A stretch of DNA of 64,000 nucleotides from Thermoplasmata archaeon (GCA_022750335.1 JAKIVX010000003.1:18840-82839), one strand, 5' to 3'; counted from the stretch's first letter, positions 1 through 10,397 are shown. Notes: generated from the sequence alone by a model not told the origin. Translations and numbers: made by a program.

Positions 1-120
1 ACCCGCACGCAGGAGCGCGTCGCCCGGACCGACCTCGCCGCCCGTATCCTGCCGGCCCTTCGGCCCCCCCGCCCGGCCCGCACGTAGGGGCAGGCCCCCG
101 TTTCCGCGGCGGGACAACGG

Positions 121-126
121 ATATAT
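121..126 (+). promoter_or_regulatory. Putative archaeal TATA box for the 152..1347 gene pair
   Basis: AT-only hexamer in 'cggATATATcgcg' within GC-rich DNA. Its centre is ~28 nt upstream of ATG 152, a leaderless-type spacing seen at several other genes here. Confidence 0.4.
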
Positions 127-151
127 CGCGCGGCTCGGTGTGTAGTTCTCG

Positions 152-805
152 ATGGCATCCGGCGGAACACCACCCGACGCGCCGGGCCCTGGCACTCCCC
201 TCGCGGCCCGCCGTTCCCGCTGGATCGGCCAACAGTACGCCGACATCACGAAGCTGAGGGAGCACGCCGCGCGCCACGACCGCGCCTCAGCGCGCGCCCA
301 GCAACGCGCCGCCCGCCTCAACACCCGGATCGAGAAGCTGCGCCACCAGGCGACCCTCCTCCGGGAAAAGGGTCAGCGGGTCCTGGCGGAGATCCCCGAG
401 CTCGAGCAGCAGATCAAACAGCACGACCGCGACATCAACGCCTCCACCAACCTCCACAACCCGCCCGGGACCCCCCCCGGCCAGGCGCGACCGGTTGCGT
501 TGACGAGCGATGTAACGAGCCTCCACTATCGGGTCCGCAAGCTCCAGCAGAAGGTCGTCGACAAGCAGCAGAAGTCGCGCCATCTCGAGCTGCGGGCGGC
601 CCAAAAAACGCAGAAGACGGCGGAGTTGAAGGTCAAAGTGGACCGGTACACCGAGGCTGCCCGCCTGGAGGAGCAGGAGGCCAACGCGTACCGGCAGCGG
701 GCCGACCGGCTCCAGGCCGTGAGCGAGAACGACGTGGCCTCCCACCTGACCTCCACCGCGTCCGTGCCGACCAACCCGTCCGAAGAGCCCCCGCGTCTTC
801 CATGA
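152..805 (+). CDS. Hypothetical coiled-coil protein
   Basis: 217-aa ORF rich in heptad-like Q/K/R/E/L runs (LREKGQRVLAEIPELEQQIKQHD; KLQQKVVDKQQKSRHLELRAAQKTQKTAELKVKV). Its stop overlaps the next start (ATGA at 802-805). No family recognised. Confidence 0.6.
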   Translation: MASGGTPPDAPGPGTPLAARRSRWIGQQYADITKLREHAARHDRASARAQQRAARLNTRIEKLRHQATLLREKGQRVLAEIPELEQQIKQHDRDINASTNLHNPPGTPPGQARPVALTSDVTSLHYRVRKLQQKVVDKQQKSRHLELRAAQKTQKTAELKVKVDRYTEAARLEEQEANAYRQRADRLQAVSENDVASHLTSTASVPTNPSEEPPRLP

Positions 806-1347
806 AGCTCATCGTCACCGTGGGGATGCCTGGCTCGGGCAAGGACGAGTTGCTCGAGATCGCCCGGTCGATCGGCCTTGCGACCCTCAAGATGGGCGAC
901 CTCGTCCGGGACGAGACGCGCCGTCGTGGCCTCCAGCTCACCAACGCGAACGTTGGACGGATCGCCTCCGAGGAGCGCGACAAGCACGGCGGAGGCGTCT
1001 GGGCCCAGCGCGCCCTGCCGAAGTTGACCGAGACCCGGATGCTCGTGGACGGTTGCCGCTCGGACACGGAGGTCACGGTGTTCCGGCACAACTTCGGCGA
1101 CCTGTTCGTGCTCGGGATCTTCGCCTCGCCCGAGACGCGCTACGACCGCATGACCACGCGCAGCCGGAACGACGACGGGGGGAGTCTGCAGGATTTCTTC
1201 GACCGGGACCGGCGGGAGATGAAGTGGGGGATCGGCAATGCCTTCGCCCTCGCCGACGGGATGCTCATCAACGAGGGGTCGATCGAGACGTTCCGCAAGG
1301 AGGCCCGCGCGATGCTCGAGAAGGTCCTCGCGAAAGAGGACGATTAG
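802..1347 (+). CDS. P-loop nucleotide kinase-like protein (adenylate/dephospho-CoA kinase-like, archaeal UPF0200-type)
   Basis: N-terminal Walker A 'VGMPGSGKDE'. Size (~180 aa) and layout are typical of small archaeal nucleotide kinases. Translationally coupled to the upstream ORF. Confidence 0.7.
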   Translation: MKLIVTVGMPGSGKDELLEIARSIGLATLKMGDLVRDETRRRGLQLTNANVGRIASEERDKHGGGVWAQRALPKLTETRMLVDGCRSDTEVTVFRHNFGDLFVLGIFASPETRYDRMTTRSRNDDGGSLQDFFDRDRREMKWGIGNAFALADGMLINEGSIETFRKEARAMLEKVLAKEDD

Positions 1348-1997
1348 GTCGCCGAATGGCCCGATTCGGGCGGCGCGGCGAAGAGCGCCTGCACATTGTC
1401 AAATCGTTCCCGGTCGACGACCACGGCGACACGGGCATGGAGTCCGGCCAGCCGTCGGGCAGATCGGACGAGGTAGAGGTCGCGCGCTTCGGCGAACCGC
1501 CGGGAGCCCCGGCCCCGCGCCACGTGGTGGTCCCAGCTCAGGGCGAACTCGTCGGGCGTGTTCGGCGCGGGCGGGTTGCGGGCGACGTTGCGTTCCCGGA
1601 CCGTACGGCGCACCAGCTCGAGATAGCCGATGTTGTCGGCGAATAGCGTGGCGGTCTCGTCCTCGCTCGGGTCGAGACCCTCCGTCGGGACGGCTCGGGC
1701 CCCGGCCCAGCGCAAGATCGCGAGAAACGAGGGGTTGGGAACGGCGACCTCCCCGAACCGGACCAGCCCGCGCACCTCGCTCCGTTCCGCGGAGGTCAGC
1801 GGCACGACCGGGTCGGCGCGGGAGTGGACGAAATACTCGACGAAGCCGCGGAGCTCTTCCGGCGAGATCCCGAGACCCACCGCATCGGCCGCGTGACGCT
1901 CGAGCGCCGCGACCACGGCTGGGGCCTCGCTGACCAGCCCCCGGACCGGCGCGAGCAGGAGGAGGTTCCCCCCGCCCGGAATGCGCGCGGTGATCAC
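1344..1997 (-). CDS. Hypothetical protein, possibly a degenerate TraB-family paralog
   Basis: 217-aa ORF with coding-like composition. 'LLLLAPVRGL...' and the C-terminal 'ARVAVVVDRERFDNVQALF' loosely parallel the TraB protein at 37725..38441, but the conserved GxAH histidine is absent. Confidence 0.5.
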   Translation of the reverse strand: MITARIPGGGNLLLLAPVRGLVSEAPAVVAALERHAADAVGLGISPEELRGFVEYFVHSRADPVVPLTSAERSEVRGLVRFGEVAVPNPSFLAILRWAGARAVPTEGLDPSEDETATLFADNIGYLELVRRTVRERNVARNPPAPNTPDEFALSWDHHVARGRGSRRFAEARDLYLVRSARRLAGLHARVAVVVDRERFDNVQALFAAPPESGHSAT

Positions 1998-3007
1998 GGA
2001 CCTTCGCGCTCCGACAGGTCGTCGAACAGGTCGTCCCGGTCCCGGTGCCGGCGCAACTCGCGCACGTTCAGGATGGGGAGCCCGTCGATCGAGGGTCGGT
2101 GGACGCTCTCCGAGACCACGAACATGGCATGTCCTTCGGCGACGCGGGAGAGCTCATAGAGGATCTCCGCCCGGTGCAGCGCGGTGCGCAGCGTACCGAC
2201 GCCCGTGAGCAGGATCTGCGGGGAGCGCGAGAAGGCGTCGAAGGGGGCGCGCACGGTCACCGTGACCTCGAAGCCGAGACCGTCCAACTGGTCGAGCACT
2301 CCGTCCCGCAATGCATCGCCGGTCCGGGGGCGGGGCCGCTCCGCGGAAGGGTCGCCCCCCGAAACCTTGGAAGGTGGGGGGGTCGTGGAGGGTGCCGGGG
2401 AGTGGGGCGGCGGCGTGGGCACGTTCGTGTCACCGAAGACCGGGATCGGGGAGACGATGGGCTCCCCGAGGAAATTCTCGATCCGCTCGATGACGTCAAC
2501 CTCGGCTCCGGCCCCCTCCTCGTACAGTTGGATCGCCCGTCGGGAAACCCCGGCGACGGAGGCCAGGGTTCCGAGGGACAAGCCCCGGCCCTGCCGGAGC
2601 TCGCGCAGCCGGACTCCCGAGATGCGGGCGAACGTCCCGCCCGGGCTCGCGTAGAGGAAGGGCGGGATCCCTTCTTCCAGGTATTCCCGCAGGCTCTCCT
2701 CGTTCACGATGGGGACGCCGTAGCGGGTGTAGACGACGCCGGGCGCCAGCTCGGCCGCCCCGGAGGCCTGCCCGATGATGAGGACCGTGGCGGGAAACAG
2801 ACGGCCGAGTTCGAGCAGTCGGCTCGCTTCTTCGGACCCGAGCGCGTCGATGTTCTTGAGGACCTTGATGAGGAGGAGCGTCGCATCCCGGCGGGCCGCG
2901 AGGTCGAAGCTGGACGGGCGGACTCCGTGCGTGTCGGCGACGTAGAATCCGGAGCGTCCGAGGAGCTCCCGGATCTGTTCGATCCAACGTTCACGCGTGT
3001 TCGCCAT
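1994..3007 (-). CDS. Archaeal HTH (XRE-type) transcriptional regulator, COG1395-like
   Basis: Central helix-turn-helix 'LRELRQGRGLSLGTLASVAGVSRRAIQLYEEG' flanked by N- and C-terminal domains. A Pro-rich linker (PTPPPHSPAPSTTPPPS) is present. Confidence 0.7.
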   Translation of the reverse strand: MANTRERWIEQIRELLGRSGFYVADTHGVRPSSFDLAARRDATLLLIKVLKNIDALGSEEASRLLELGRLFPATVLIIGQASGAAELAPGVVYTRYGVPIVNEESLREYLEEGIPPFLYASPGGTFARISGVRLRELRQGRGLSLGTLASVAGVSRRAIQLYEEGAGAEVDVIERIENFLGEPIVSPIPVFGDTNVPTPPPHSPAPSTTPPPSKVSGGDPSAERPRPRTGDALRDGVLDQLDGLGFEVTVTVRAPFDAFSRSPQILLTGVGTLRTALHRAEILYELSRVAEGHAMFVVSESVHRPSIDGLPILNVRELRRHRDRDDLFDDLSEREGP

Positions 3008-3128
3008 CGTCGACTCTCCGAATTACGATTACAACTTCTACATAAGTAGATATGGTCGGTGCTCTCGAAGGGTTCGGACGAAGCCCCCGGTCCGGAATCG
3101 TCTTGGTCCCGAAGGAGCTCGGAGCGGC

Positions 3129-3956
3129 ATGGCACGGGCCCTCGCTCCGATCCCCGGCCGGCCCGTCCTTCTGCTCCGCCCGGACTCGGACGGGCCCCCG
3201 ACCCTCGTGCTCGCCGATCTGCACTTGGGTCTAGGCGCGAGCGCGGACCGACCGGCGGGGCCGCCCGAAGCCTCGGCGCCGACCATGGCCCGAGGCCTCG
3301 TCGAGCTCGCGACGGCGGAGGGGGCCTGCCGCGTCGTGATCGCCGGGGACGTGAAGCATCCGATCGTCGGCACCCCGCCCGCCCTGCGGGGGGTCCTCTT
3401 CGACTTTTTCTCCACGCTGCTCCGCGAAGGGATCGCGGTCGAGGTGGTGCTCGGGAATCACGATGTGGGACTGACCCCCCACTTACCGCGCGAGGTCGTG
3501 GTCCACCCGGCCGCCGGAGTGGTCGTCGACGGAGTCGGGATCTTCCACGGGCACTGCTGGCCTTCGAACCGGGTCCTGCGGGCTCCCCGATTGGTCGTGG
3601 GTCACCTCCACCCGGGTTTCCGTCTCGCGCCGAGCCCGGATGACCCCCAGGGGAAGCGGCGGTGCTGGGTGCGCCTCGAACTCCCTCCGGCCCCCCCGCC
3701 CACGCGTCGACGCCGTCGGCACGCGGTCGTGCGCGCCCGGGAACTGGTCGTCCTTCCCGCGTTCAACCCGATCGCCGGGACCGAGGCCCTCAACCGGCAA
3801 CTCCCGGCTCGAGGCCGGTCGTTCCTCTATCAGCGGTTTCTCTCCCGCGGTACCGCGCGGGCCTACCTCTTCGACGGGACCGACCTCGGGGAGCTTACGC
3901 TGCCGCGGCCGACGGCCCGCCGTCGAGCAACTTCCGAAGCGCTGCGGAGTCGGTGA
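3129..3956 (+). CDS. Calcineurin-like metallophosphoesterase (ICC-like, COG1407-type)
   Basis: Motifs 'LADLHLG', 'IAGDVKH', 'LGNHD', 'HGH', 'GHLHP'. Start trimmed to the in-frame ATG at 3129 (MARALAPIPG) because the ORF-track N-terminus runs through the AT-rich divergent promoter region. Confidence 0.75.
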   Translation: MARALAPIPGRPVLLLRPDSDGPPTLVLADLHLGLGASADRPAGPPEASAPTMARGLVELATAEGACRVVIAGDVKHPIVGTPPALRGVLFDFFSTLLREGIAVEVVLGNHDVGLTPHLPREVVVHPAAGVVVDGVGIFHGHCWPSNRVLRAPRLVVGHLHPGFRLAPSPDDPQGKRRCWVRLELPPAPPPTRRRRRHAVVRARELVVLPAFNPIAGTEALNRQLPARGRSFLYQRFLSRGTARAYLFDGTDLGELTLPRPTARRRATSEALRSR

Positions 3957-6018
3957 CCGGCGGGGCACACGACCGTCCGAAGCAGACCAACGCCCGCGTC
4001 GGTCCTCGCCCCGCGTTCGCCGCGACCTCGTCCGGGAGCGAGAACGGGGGCGGCGGGTGGCCCGCGAAGACCCAGGCATTCGGATGCCAGGTTCGTCGCG
4101 CCGTCCGCAGGAGCGCTTCGGCCTCGGCGCCGCTCCCCTCGACGACCACCGTCGCCGGCTCTCCGCCGGCGAGCCCCGCGGCCAGCGCCCCACCGGCCGC
4201 GAAAAGGCCCGAGTGACCGACGCGCTGCGCGATCGAGGGAAGGAGCGCGATCGCCTTGGCCCGCCAGCGGTCATCGTGGGTCAGGCTCGAGAGTCGTAGG
4301 AAGGCGATCGCCGCCGCCGAATTGGCCGACAAGTGCGGACTGTCCTCCAACGGGTAGCTCGGCTCCTTGAGAGCCCCGAGGGACGGGCCATCGTACAGGC
4401 GGGGAGAAAGGTCGCGGAGCAACCCGTCCTCCCCGCGGAATTCCCGGTCGACCAGCCCCAGGAGGGTCGTGGCGGCCTCCACGTAGCGGGGCTCCGCGAG
4501 GACCCCTCCGAGCTCGATCAACCCGCCCGCGAAAGCGACCTGGTCCTCGAGAAGGCCCCAGCCGTGACCGCCATCTCCGTCGAGTCGGTGCGCGACCCCA
4601 TGGTCGGGAGCGTAAGCGTGAGCGAGGAATCGATCGGCCGCCCGCCGAGCGTCGGCGAGCCAGACCCGTTCCCCCAGGGTCGCGCCCGCCTGCGCCACCG
4701 CCGCGATGAACCGCCCGTTGATGTCGGCATAGAGGGAGCGGTCGATGGCGGGAGTCGGGCGTAGGGCGCGGGCGGCACGCAGCTTCGCGAGGACGTGCTC
4801 GAGGGCACGTCCGGGGCCGCCCGGTAGGGTGAGCCCCTCGGCCGCCTCTTCGAGTGAGACCATCCGGAACAGTACGTTCTGCTCGGGGTCGTGCGGCATG
4901 CGACCGTCCGTCCCGACCCCGAAGAATCGGGAGGCGAACCGGAGCTCGTCCCCTTCGAGAGTGGACTTGAGCTCGCTCCGGCTCCAAGTGAAGTAACCGC
5001 CGTCATCGCCGGGCGCGTTGTCCGCGTCCTGGCTCGACCCGAACCCTCCAACGGGGTCCTCAAGGACTTCGCGGATCCAACCGACGGTGCCACGCACGAC
5101 CTCCTCGAATCGGGGTTCGCCGAATCGACGGAACCCGTCGACGTAGGCGGTCAACAAAGCGGCATTGTCGACCCCCATTTTCTCGAAGTGGGGGATGTGC
5201 CATCCTTCGTCCACTGAGTATCGGTGGAACCCACCGCCGACCTGATCGTACATCCCCCCGTCGGCCATTCGTCGGAGCGTCTCCGCCGCCCGTTCGTCGC
5301 TGAGGGCTCGATGGTTCGCGCGTCCGTCCCACAGGAAGAGCGCGACCGCGGTGGGGTGGGGGAATTTCGGGGCCATGCCAAATCCCCCGTTGACGGGGTC
5401 GTAGCTCGAATGGATCTCGGAAAGGACCTGACCTTCGAACGCGTCGAGCCCCTGGACTTCGTGGGTCCGGGCGCTGCGCATCCGCTCGAGCGCTCCTTGG
5501 ATCGCCTTCGAGTTCTCGGCGATCTTTTCCGGCTCTTCGCGCCAGAGCCGCGCGACCTCCTTCAGGACGCGACGAAATCCGGGTCGGCCGTGACCGTCCG
5601 TAGGGGGGAAGTACGTGCCCCCCAGGAACACTTCACCGGCGGGCGTCAGGAACGCCGTGAGCGGCCAGCCGCCTTCCCCGGTGAGCGCCCCCACCTGTCG
5701 CTGGTAGCGACGATCCACTTCGGGGTTCTCGTCCCGGTCGACCTTGACCGCGATGAAATCCTGGGCGAGCAGGCGCGCGACCTCCGGGTCGACGTACGTC
5801 CCCTCGTCCATGACGTGGCACCAGTGGCACCAGGAGGCTCCGATGTCGAGCAGGATCGGGCGGCCGGTCCGTTGGGCGAGCTCGAACGGTTCGGGGCCCC
5901 ACGGATGCCAGTCGATCGGCTGTTCGGCGGCGCTGCGGAGGTACGTCGAGCTGCGTTCCGCCAGTCGACTCGCTCGGCCGGGTTCACGCGGCTCGGCCAT
6001 GACATCCGCCGGTTCCAC
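3895..6018 (-). CDS. Thioredoxin-domain protein, DUF255/YyaL family (N-acylglucosamine 2-epimerase-like C-terminal domain)
   Basis: N-terminal 'WHPWGPEPFELAQRTGRPILLDIGASWCHWCHVMD' is characteristic of the family. 707 aa. Confidence 0.85.
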   Translation of the reverse strand: MEPADVMAEPREPGRASRLAERSSTYLRSAAEQPIDWHPWGPEPFELAQRTGRPILLDIGASWCHWCHVMDEGTYVDPEVARLLAQDFIAVKVDRDENPEVDRRYQRQVGALTGEGGWPLTAFLTPAGEVFLGGTYFPPTDGHGRPGFRRVLKEVARLWREEPEKIAENSKAIQGALERMRSARTHEVQGLDAFEGQVLSEIHSSYDPVNGGFGMAPKFPHPTAVALFLWDGRANHRALSDERAAETLRRMADGGMYDQVGGGFHRYSVDEGWHIPHFEKMGVDNAALLTAYVDGFRRFGEPRFEEVVRGTVGWIREVLEDPVGGFGSSQDADNAPGDDGGYFTWSRSELKSTLEGDELRFASRFFGVGTDGRMPHDPEQNVLFRMVSLEEAAEGLTLPGGPGRALEHVLAKLRAARALRPTPAIDRSLYADINGRFIAAVAQAGATLGERVWLADARRAADRFLAHAYAPDHGVAHRLDGDGGHGWGLLEDQVAFAGGLIELGGVLAEPRYVEAATTLLGLVDREFRGEDGLLRDLSPRLYDGPSLGALKEPSYPLEDSPHLSANSAAAIAFLRLSSLTHDDRWRAKAIALLPSIAQRVGHSGLFAAGGALAAGLAGGEPATVVVEGSGAEAEALLRTARRTWHPNAWVFAGHPPPPFSLPDEVAANAGRGPTRALVCFGRSCAPPVTDSAALRKLLDGGPSAAAA

Positions 6019-6112
6019 GATGCAGATACCGTTGGCGGCCGATGCGCCCGGGCGCTCGAAGGCGATGCGACCGGCTGTAATCCACTGACGGAGGCGTAAC
6101 CGCCCCGGTGCC

Positions 6113-6121
6113 TTTTATAAA
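6113..6121 (+). promoter_or_regulatory. Putative TATA box upstream of psmA
   Basis: 'ccTTTTATAAAgg', a near-consensus archaeal TATA element ~37 nt upstream of ATG 6154. It is the only AT-rich stretch in the 6019-6153 intergenic region. Confidence 0.55.
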
Positions 6122-6153
6122 GGGGTCTCGGGTGGCCGCCCCGGAGTCGTTCC

Positions 6154-6909
6154 ATGGAGATGCAACCCGGCCAGATGGCCTACGACCGGGCGATCACCGT
6201 CTTTTCGCCCGACGGCCGGCTCTTCCAGGTCGAGTACGCCCGCGAAGCCGTGCGACGCGGCGCGACGACGGCGGGGGTCGTCTATTCGGACGGTGTCGTC
6301 CTCATCGCGGACCGGCGGATCCCGAATCCGAAGCTCGCGGAAGCCTCGAGCCTCGAGAAGATCCACCAGATCGACGAGAACATCGCATGCGCGACCGCGG
6401 GTCTGGTCGCGGACGCGCGGGTACTGGTCGACTATGCCCGACTCTCCGCCCAGATCAACCGCATCACCTACTCGGAGCCGATGTCGGTCGAGCTCCTCGT
6501 CCGAAAGATTTGCGATTACAAGCAGCAATACACCCAGTTCGGCGGCGTCCGCCCCTTCGGGACGGCGTTGCTCGTCGGCGGGTATGACGAGTCGGGCATC
6601 CGACTTTTCGAGACCGAACCGTCCGGCTCCCTCACAAGCTTCAAGGCGTCCAGCACCGGCGGCAACAAGGGCCCCGTGATGGAGCTCTTCGAGCAGAAGT
6701 ACAAACCCGGCATGGACCGCGAGGCGGCCATCCTCCTCGCACTCGAGGGCCTTCGGGCCGGTCTCGACGAGGGCGGGAGCCTCGCCCAAGTCGAGGTCGT
6801 CACCTTGGATCAGGGCGAGGGCCTGACCCGCCTTCCCGCCGACGAAGTCCAAAAGCTCGTGGCCCGACTGCCCGCAGCGTCCGGGACGAGTCGGGCGTCC
6901 CGGCCGTGA
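6154..6909 (+). CDS. psmA: Proteasome subunit alpha
   Basis: 'AYDRAITVFSPDGRLFQVEYAREAV' signature. 251 aa. Confidence 0.95.
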   Translation: MEMQPGQMAYDRAITVFSPDGRLFQVEYAREAVRRGATTAGVVYSDGVVLIADRRIPNPKLAEASSLEKIHQIDENIACATAGLVADARVLVDYARLSAQINRITYSEPMSVELLVRKICDYKQQYTQFGGVRPFGTALLVGGYDESGIRLFETEPSGSLTSFKASSTGGNKGPVMELFEQKYKPGMDREAAILLALEGLRAGLDEGGSLAQVEVVTLDQGEGLTRLPADEVQKLVARLPAASGTSRASRP

Positions 6910-7673
6910 GCGGCGGCATCCCGAGGACCCACCATCGCCCTCCGAAGTCCGCGAAGGCTCACGGCGCTTCCACCGGTGCGGTGACGGTCGACACCGCGGT
7001 CATCGCACGGTTGGAGTTGGACGGGTCCCGCTTCGAAGTCCTCGTGGACCCGCAAGCCGCCCAAGCGATCAAGGACGGCAAGGACGTCGACCTCACGGAC
7101 AAGCTCGCGCTCGACCAGGTGTTCAAGGACGCGAAGAAAGGCGACCAGGTCTCGGACGAACACCTCGAGAAGACGTTCCACACGCGGGACCTCGGCACGA
7201 TCGCGAAGCAGATCGTCCTGCGGGGCGAGGTGCAGGTCACCACGGAACAACGTCACCAGCTCCAGGCGCTGAAGGAACGGCAGATCATCCAGACGATCGC
7301 GCGCAACGCGATGAACCCCCAGACCGGGGCTCCCCATCCGGCCGCTCGGATCGAAGCCGCGATGAAGGAAGCGAAGTACCACGTGGACCCGTTCCGATCG
7401 GTCGATGTCCAGGTCCAGGAAGTACTCGAGAAGTTGCGGCCGCTGCTGCCCATCCGGCTCGACGTCGTGAAGGTCCGGGTGCGGCTGCCCGGACAGTTCT
7501 ACCCCCGGGTCATCGGCGAAATGAAGGGGCTGGGGAAGATCCTCGAAGAGCAATGGCTCGCGGACGGAGGCTGGTCCGGAATGATCGAACTCCCCGCCGG
7601 CGTGCAGACGGAATTGTACGAAATGCTGAACGCGCGCACGAAGGGCGCCGCCGAGACCGCGTTAGTTAAATAG
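6906..7673 (+). CDS. SBDS-family ribosome maturation protein
   Basis: 'VIARLELDGSRFEVLVDPQAAQAIKDGK' N-terminal FYSH-type motif. GTG start overlaps the psmA stop (GTGA). An alternative in-frame GTG at 6981 would remove a ~25-aa basic N-terminal extension. Confidence 0.85.
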   Translation: MSGGIPRTHHRPPKSAKAHGASTGAVTVDTAVIARLELDGSRFEVLVDPQAAQAIKDGKDVDLTDKLALDQVFKDAKKGDQVSDEHLEKTFHTRDLGTIAKQIVLRGEVQVTTEQRHQLQALKERQIIQTIARNAMNPQTGAPHPAARIEAAMKEAKYHVDPFRSVDVQVQEVLEKLRPLLPIRLDVVKVRVRLPGQFYPRVIGEMKGLGKILEEQWLADGGWSGMIELPAGVQTELYEMLNARTKGAAETALVK

Positions 7674-7710
7674 CGCCCCCCCGTCGGCGCGCCCCGGTGC
7701 AGCACAACCT

Positions 7711-8571
7711 ATGTCCCATGGTCAGCGAACGGGCCACCCTCGGCGTGGCCGCGAGGATTCGTCCTCGCATCCCTCCGGGGATCGAGTATTAGTTCTCCCC
7801 GGTCAGGAAATCCCAAGCCAGGGCTTGAAGCCCGGGCCGGGAACCTACCGCGTCGGAGGGAAGGTCTACGCCAGCATCTTGGGCCTCTTGGCTCCCAAAC
7901 CCCCTTTTCTCCAGGTGATCCCGCTCTCGGGCCGCTACATCCCGAAGCCGGAGGACGTCGTCATCGGGACCGTGACCGACGCACAGGGAACGTTCTGGCT
8001 CCTCGATATCGGAGCTCCCCGCTGGGCACCGCTGCACATGACGGGCACGCCCTGGGACGTCGAGATCGGTGAGACCGAGAAGTTCCTGCGCGTGCGCGAT
8101 TCGGTGATCGTCCGGGTCGAGAACTTGGACCCCACCGGCCGGATCGGCGTGACGATGCTGGGCGACGGGCTCGGCAAACTCGAAGGCGGAACGATCGTGA
8201 ACGTCTCCCCGGCCCGGATCCCCCGCGTAGTTGGCCGAGGGGGTTCGATGATCGAGACGATCACGCGGCACACCGGAGCCCAGGTCGCGGTCGGGCAGAA
8301 CGGTCGCGTCTGGATCAACGGGACGCCCGACGCCATGCTCCGGGCGAGCGAGGCCCTCCGGCTCATCGAAGAGCAAGGGCAGCGTCGTGGTCTGACCGAG
8401 CGGGTCGAGAGCTACCTGATTTCCACTTCCTCGTCCAACGACCAGGGTCCGGGGGTGGCGCCGCACGAGAGCGCCCATCGCGACGCTCCCGCGCACTCCG
8501 TGCCGCCCGTCGGACCCGCCGACGAGCGCATCGACCCCGACACCGTGGGTCCCGCGACGGACGAGTACTGA
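7711..8571 (+). CDS. rrp4: Exosome complex RNA-binding protein Rrp4 (S1 + KH)
   Basis: 'VLVLPGQEI...[17 protein letters not shown]', then S1-like and KH-like ('[13 protein letters not shown]') segments. Sits at the conserved position between SBDS and rrp41. Confidence 0.85.
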   Translation: MSHGQRTGHPRRGREDSSSHPSGDRVLVLPGQEIPSQGLKPGPGTYRVGGKVYASILGLLAPKPPFLQVIPLSGRYIPKPEDVVIGTVTDAQGTFWLLDIGAPRWAPLHMTGTPWDVEIGETEKFLRVRDSVIVRVENLDPTGRIGVTMLGDGLGKLEGGTIVNVSPARIPRVVGRGGSMIETITRHTGAQVAVGQNGRVWINGTPDAMLRASEALRLIEEQGQRRGLTERVESYLISTSSSNDQGPGVAPHESAHRDAPAHSVPPVGPADERIDPDTVGPATDEY

Positions 8572-8593
8572 GATTCCAAGGAGCAACAAGAAC

Positions 8594-9346
8594 ATGGGAA
8601 GCGTTGGAGCGAAGGACGTCCCGGTCCTCCTGACCCCGGAAGGGCTTCGGATCGACGGGCGACGGTTGGACGAATTGAGACCGCTGCGGATCCAGGCCGG
8701 CCCGCTGCATCAGGCGGACGGTTCGGCGTTCGTGGAGTGGGGCGCGAACAAGGTGATGGCGGCGGTCTACGGCCCGCGAGAGGTCCACCCCCGCCACCTG
8801 CAGCAGAACCACAAGGCCGTCATCCAGTGCAAATACAACATGGCCGCCTTCTCGGTGGACGAACGCAAGCGGCCCGGCCTCGACCGCCGCTCGCAGGAGA
8901 TCTCAAAGGTCATCGCTGAAGCGTTCGAGTCGGTCGTCTTCGCGGAGGAGTTCCCCCGCACGAGCATCGACGTCTACATCGAGGTGCTCCAGGCCAACGC
9001 CGGGACCCGCTGCGCGGGCCTCGTCGCCGCCTCGGTCGCGCTCGCCGACGCCGGCATCCCGATGGTCGACCTGGTTCCGGCCGTCGCGGTCGGGAAGATC
9101 TCGGGGCAGATCGCGCTCGACCTCAAGAAGGAAGAGGACAACTTCGGCGAGGCCGACCTCCCGATGGCGCTCGTGCCGCAGTCCGGTCGACTCGTGCTCC
9201 TCCAGATGGAGGGCCACATGACCCCGGACGAGCTGTCGCGAGCCCTCGACCTCGGGGTCGTCGGTTGCAAGACGATCTACGAAAAGATGAAGCAGGCACT
9301 CCGCGACCGGTACTCGGTCGACCCGATCGCAGCGGGGGCCGCATGA
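8594..9346 (+). CDS. rrp41: Exosome complex exonuclease Rrp41 (RNase PH-like)
   Basis: '[45 protein letters not shown]'. AAGGAG Shine-Dalgarno-like motif 8 nt upstream. Confidence 0.9.
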   Translation: MGSVGAKDVPVLLTPEGLRIDGRRLDELRPLRIQAGPLHQADGSAFVEWGANKVMAAVYGPREVHPRHLQQNHKAVIQCKYNMAAFSVDERKRPGLDRRSQEISKVIAEAFESVVFAEEFPRTSIDVYIEVLQANAGTRCAGLVAASVALADAGIPMVDLVPAVAVGKISGQIALDLKKEEDNFGEADLPMALVPQSGRLVLLQMEGHMTPDELSRALDLGVVGCKTIYEKMKQALRDRYSVDPIAAGAA

Positions 9347-10131
9347 CGCCCGAGGTCACCGCCGAGATCCGGACGTCCCACATCCTCGACCTCGCGGCCG
9401 AGGGAAAGCGCCTCGACGGTCGCGGAGCCGACGAGTACCGTCACGTGGAGGTCGTTCCCGGGTTCGTGACGACCGCCGACGGCTCGGCCCTCGTGCGGAT
9501 CGGCGACACGGCGGTGCTCGCCGGTGTCAAGCTCGAACCGGGCAAGCCGTTCCCCGACACCCCCAACGCCGGCGTCCTGACCACGAACGCGGAACTCATC
9601 CCGCTCTCGTCGCCGGTCTTCGAACCGGGACCTCCCCAGCCCGGGGCCATCGAGGTGTCCCGGGTCGTCGACCGGGCCATCCGGGCCGCTGAGGCGATCG
9701 ACCTCACCCGGCTCTGCGTAACCCCGGGCGAGAAGACGTGGGTCTGCTACGTCGACCTGCACGTCCTCGACCATTCCGGAAACCTCATCGACGCGGCGAT
9801 GCTCGCCGGCGTGTCGGCCCTCGCCCACGCGATCGTCCCCGCGAAGCGGTTCGGGATCGCGGAGAGCGACTACCCGCTCGACCTGCAGCACGTCCCCGTC
9901 GAGTGCACTTTCGTGCGCTTGGGGGACACGCTGGTCATCGACCCGACCTTCGACGAGGAACTCGCGGCCCAGGGCCGGCTGACGATCGCGACGGACGAGA
10001 CCGGCCGGGTCGTCGCGATGCAGAAGGGTCTTGTAGGCGCGTTCTCCCCCGACGACGTGCGCGAGGTCGTGCGCCGGGCCCTGATCCACGGGGACCGACT
10101 GCGGATCGCGGCCCGGGGAGGAAAGCCGTGA
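9343..10131 (+). CDS. rrp42: Exosome complex component Rrp42 (RNase PH-like)
   Basis: '[43 protein letters not shown]'. Start set to the ATG overlapping the rrp41 stop (ATGA at 9343-9346). Confidence 0.9.
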   Translation: MTPEVTAEIRTSHILDLAAEGKRLDGRGADEYRHVEVVPGFVTTADGSALVRIGDTAVLAGVKLEPGKPFPDTPNAGVLTTNAELIPLSSPVFEPGPPQPGAIEVSRVVDRAIRAAEAIDLTRLCVTPGEKTWVCYVDLHVLDHSGNLIDAAMLAGVSALAHAIVPAKRFGIAESDYPLDLQHVPVECTFVRLGDTLVIDPTFDEELAAQGRLTIATDETGRVVAMQKGLVGAFSPDDVREVVRRALIHGDRLRIAARGGKP

Positions 10132-10397
10132 GCAAACGAACGAAGAAGGTAGGCTCGACCGGCTGGATGGGACCCCGCTACGGGATCCGGATCCGCCGCC
10201 GCGTCCTCGAGCTCGACCGGGCCCGAGGGCCCGACGCCGCCTGCCCGCGCTGTTCGACGACGACCATCCACCGGGTCGCGAGCGGGGTCTTCGAATGCCG
10301 GCGTTGCGGGGTTCGCTACGCGTCCAACGCCTACGTCTTCGAGGCGCCCCCCCCGATCCAACGGACGACCAAGGACGAGCCGGCGGGCAAGCCTTAA
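10128..10397 (+). CDS. rpl37ae: 50S ribosomal protein L37Ae
   Basis: GTG start overlapping the rrp42 stop. 'KRTKKVGSTGWMGPRYG' plus zinc ribbon CPRC...CRRC. Confidence 0.9.
   Translation: MSKRTKKVGSTGWMGPRYGIRIRRRVLELDRARGPDAACPRCSTTTIHRVASGVFECRRCGVRYASNAYVFEAPPPIQRTTKDEPAGKP

Noticed and set aside
1-87. Open frame running in from the left edge and ending at TAG 85-87 (…ERVARTDLAARILPALRPPRPART*)
   Set aside because: Only 28 codons are visible with no recognisable motif, so it cannot be supported as a gene end.
6111-6124. The near-palindromic TATA region 'ccttttataaaggg' as a shared promoter for psmA and the divergent DUF255 gene
   Set aside because: It is ~95 nt from the DUF255 start (6018), too far for the leaderless spacing seen elsewhere. 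It is kept only as the psmA promoter.
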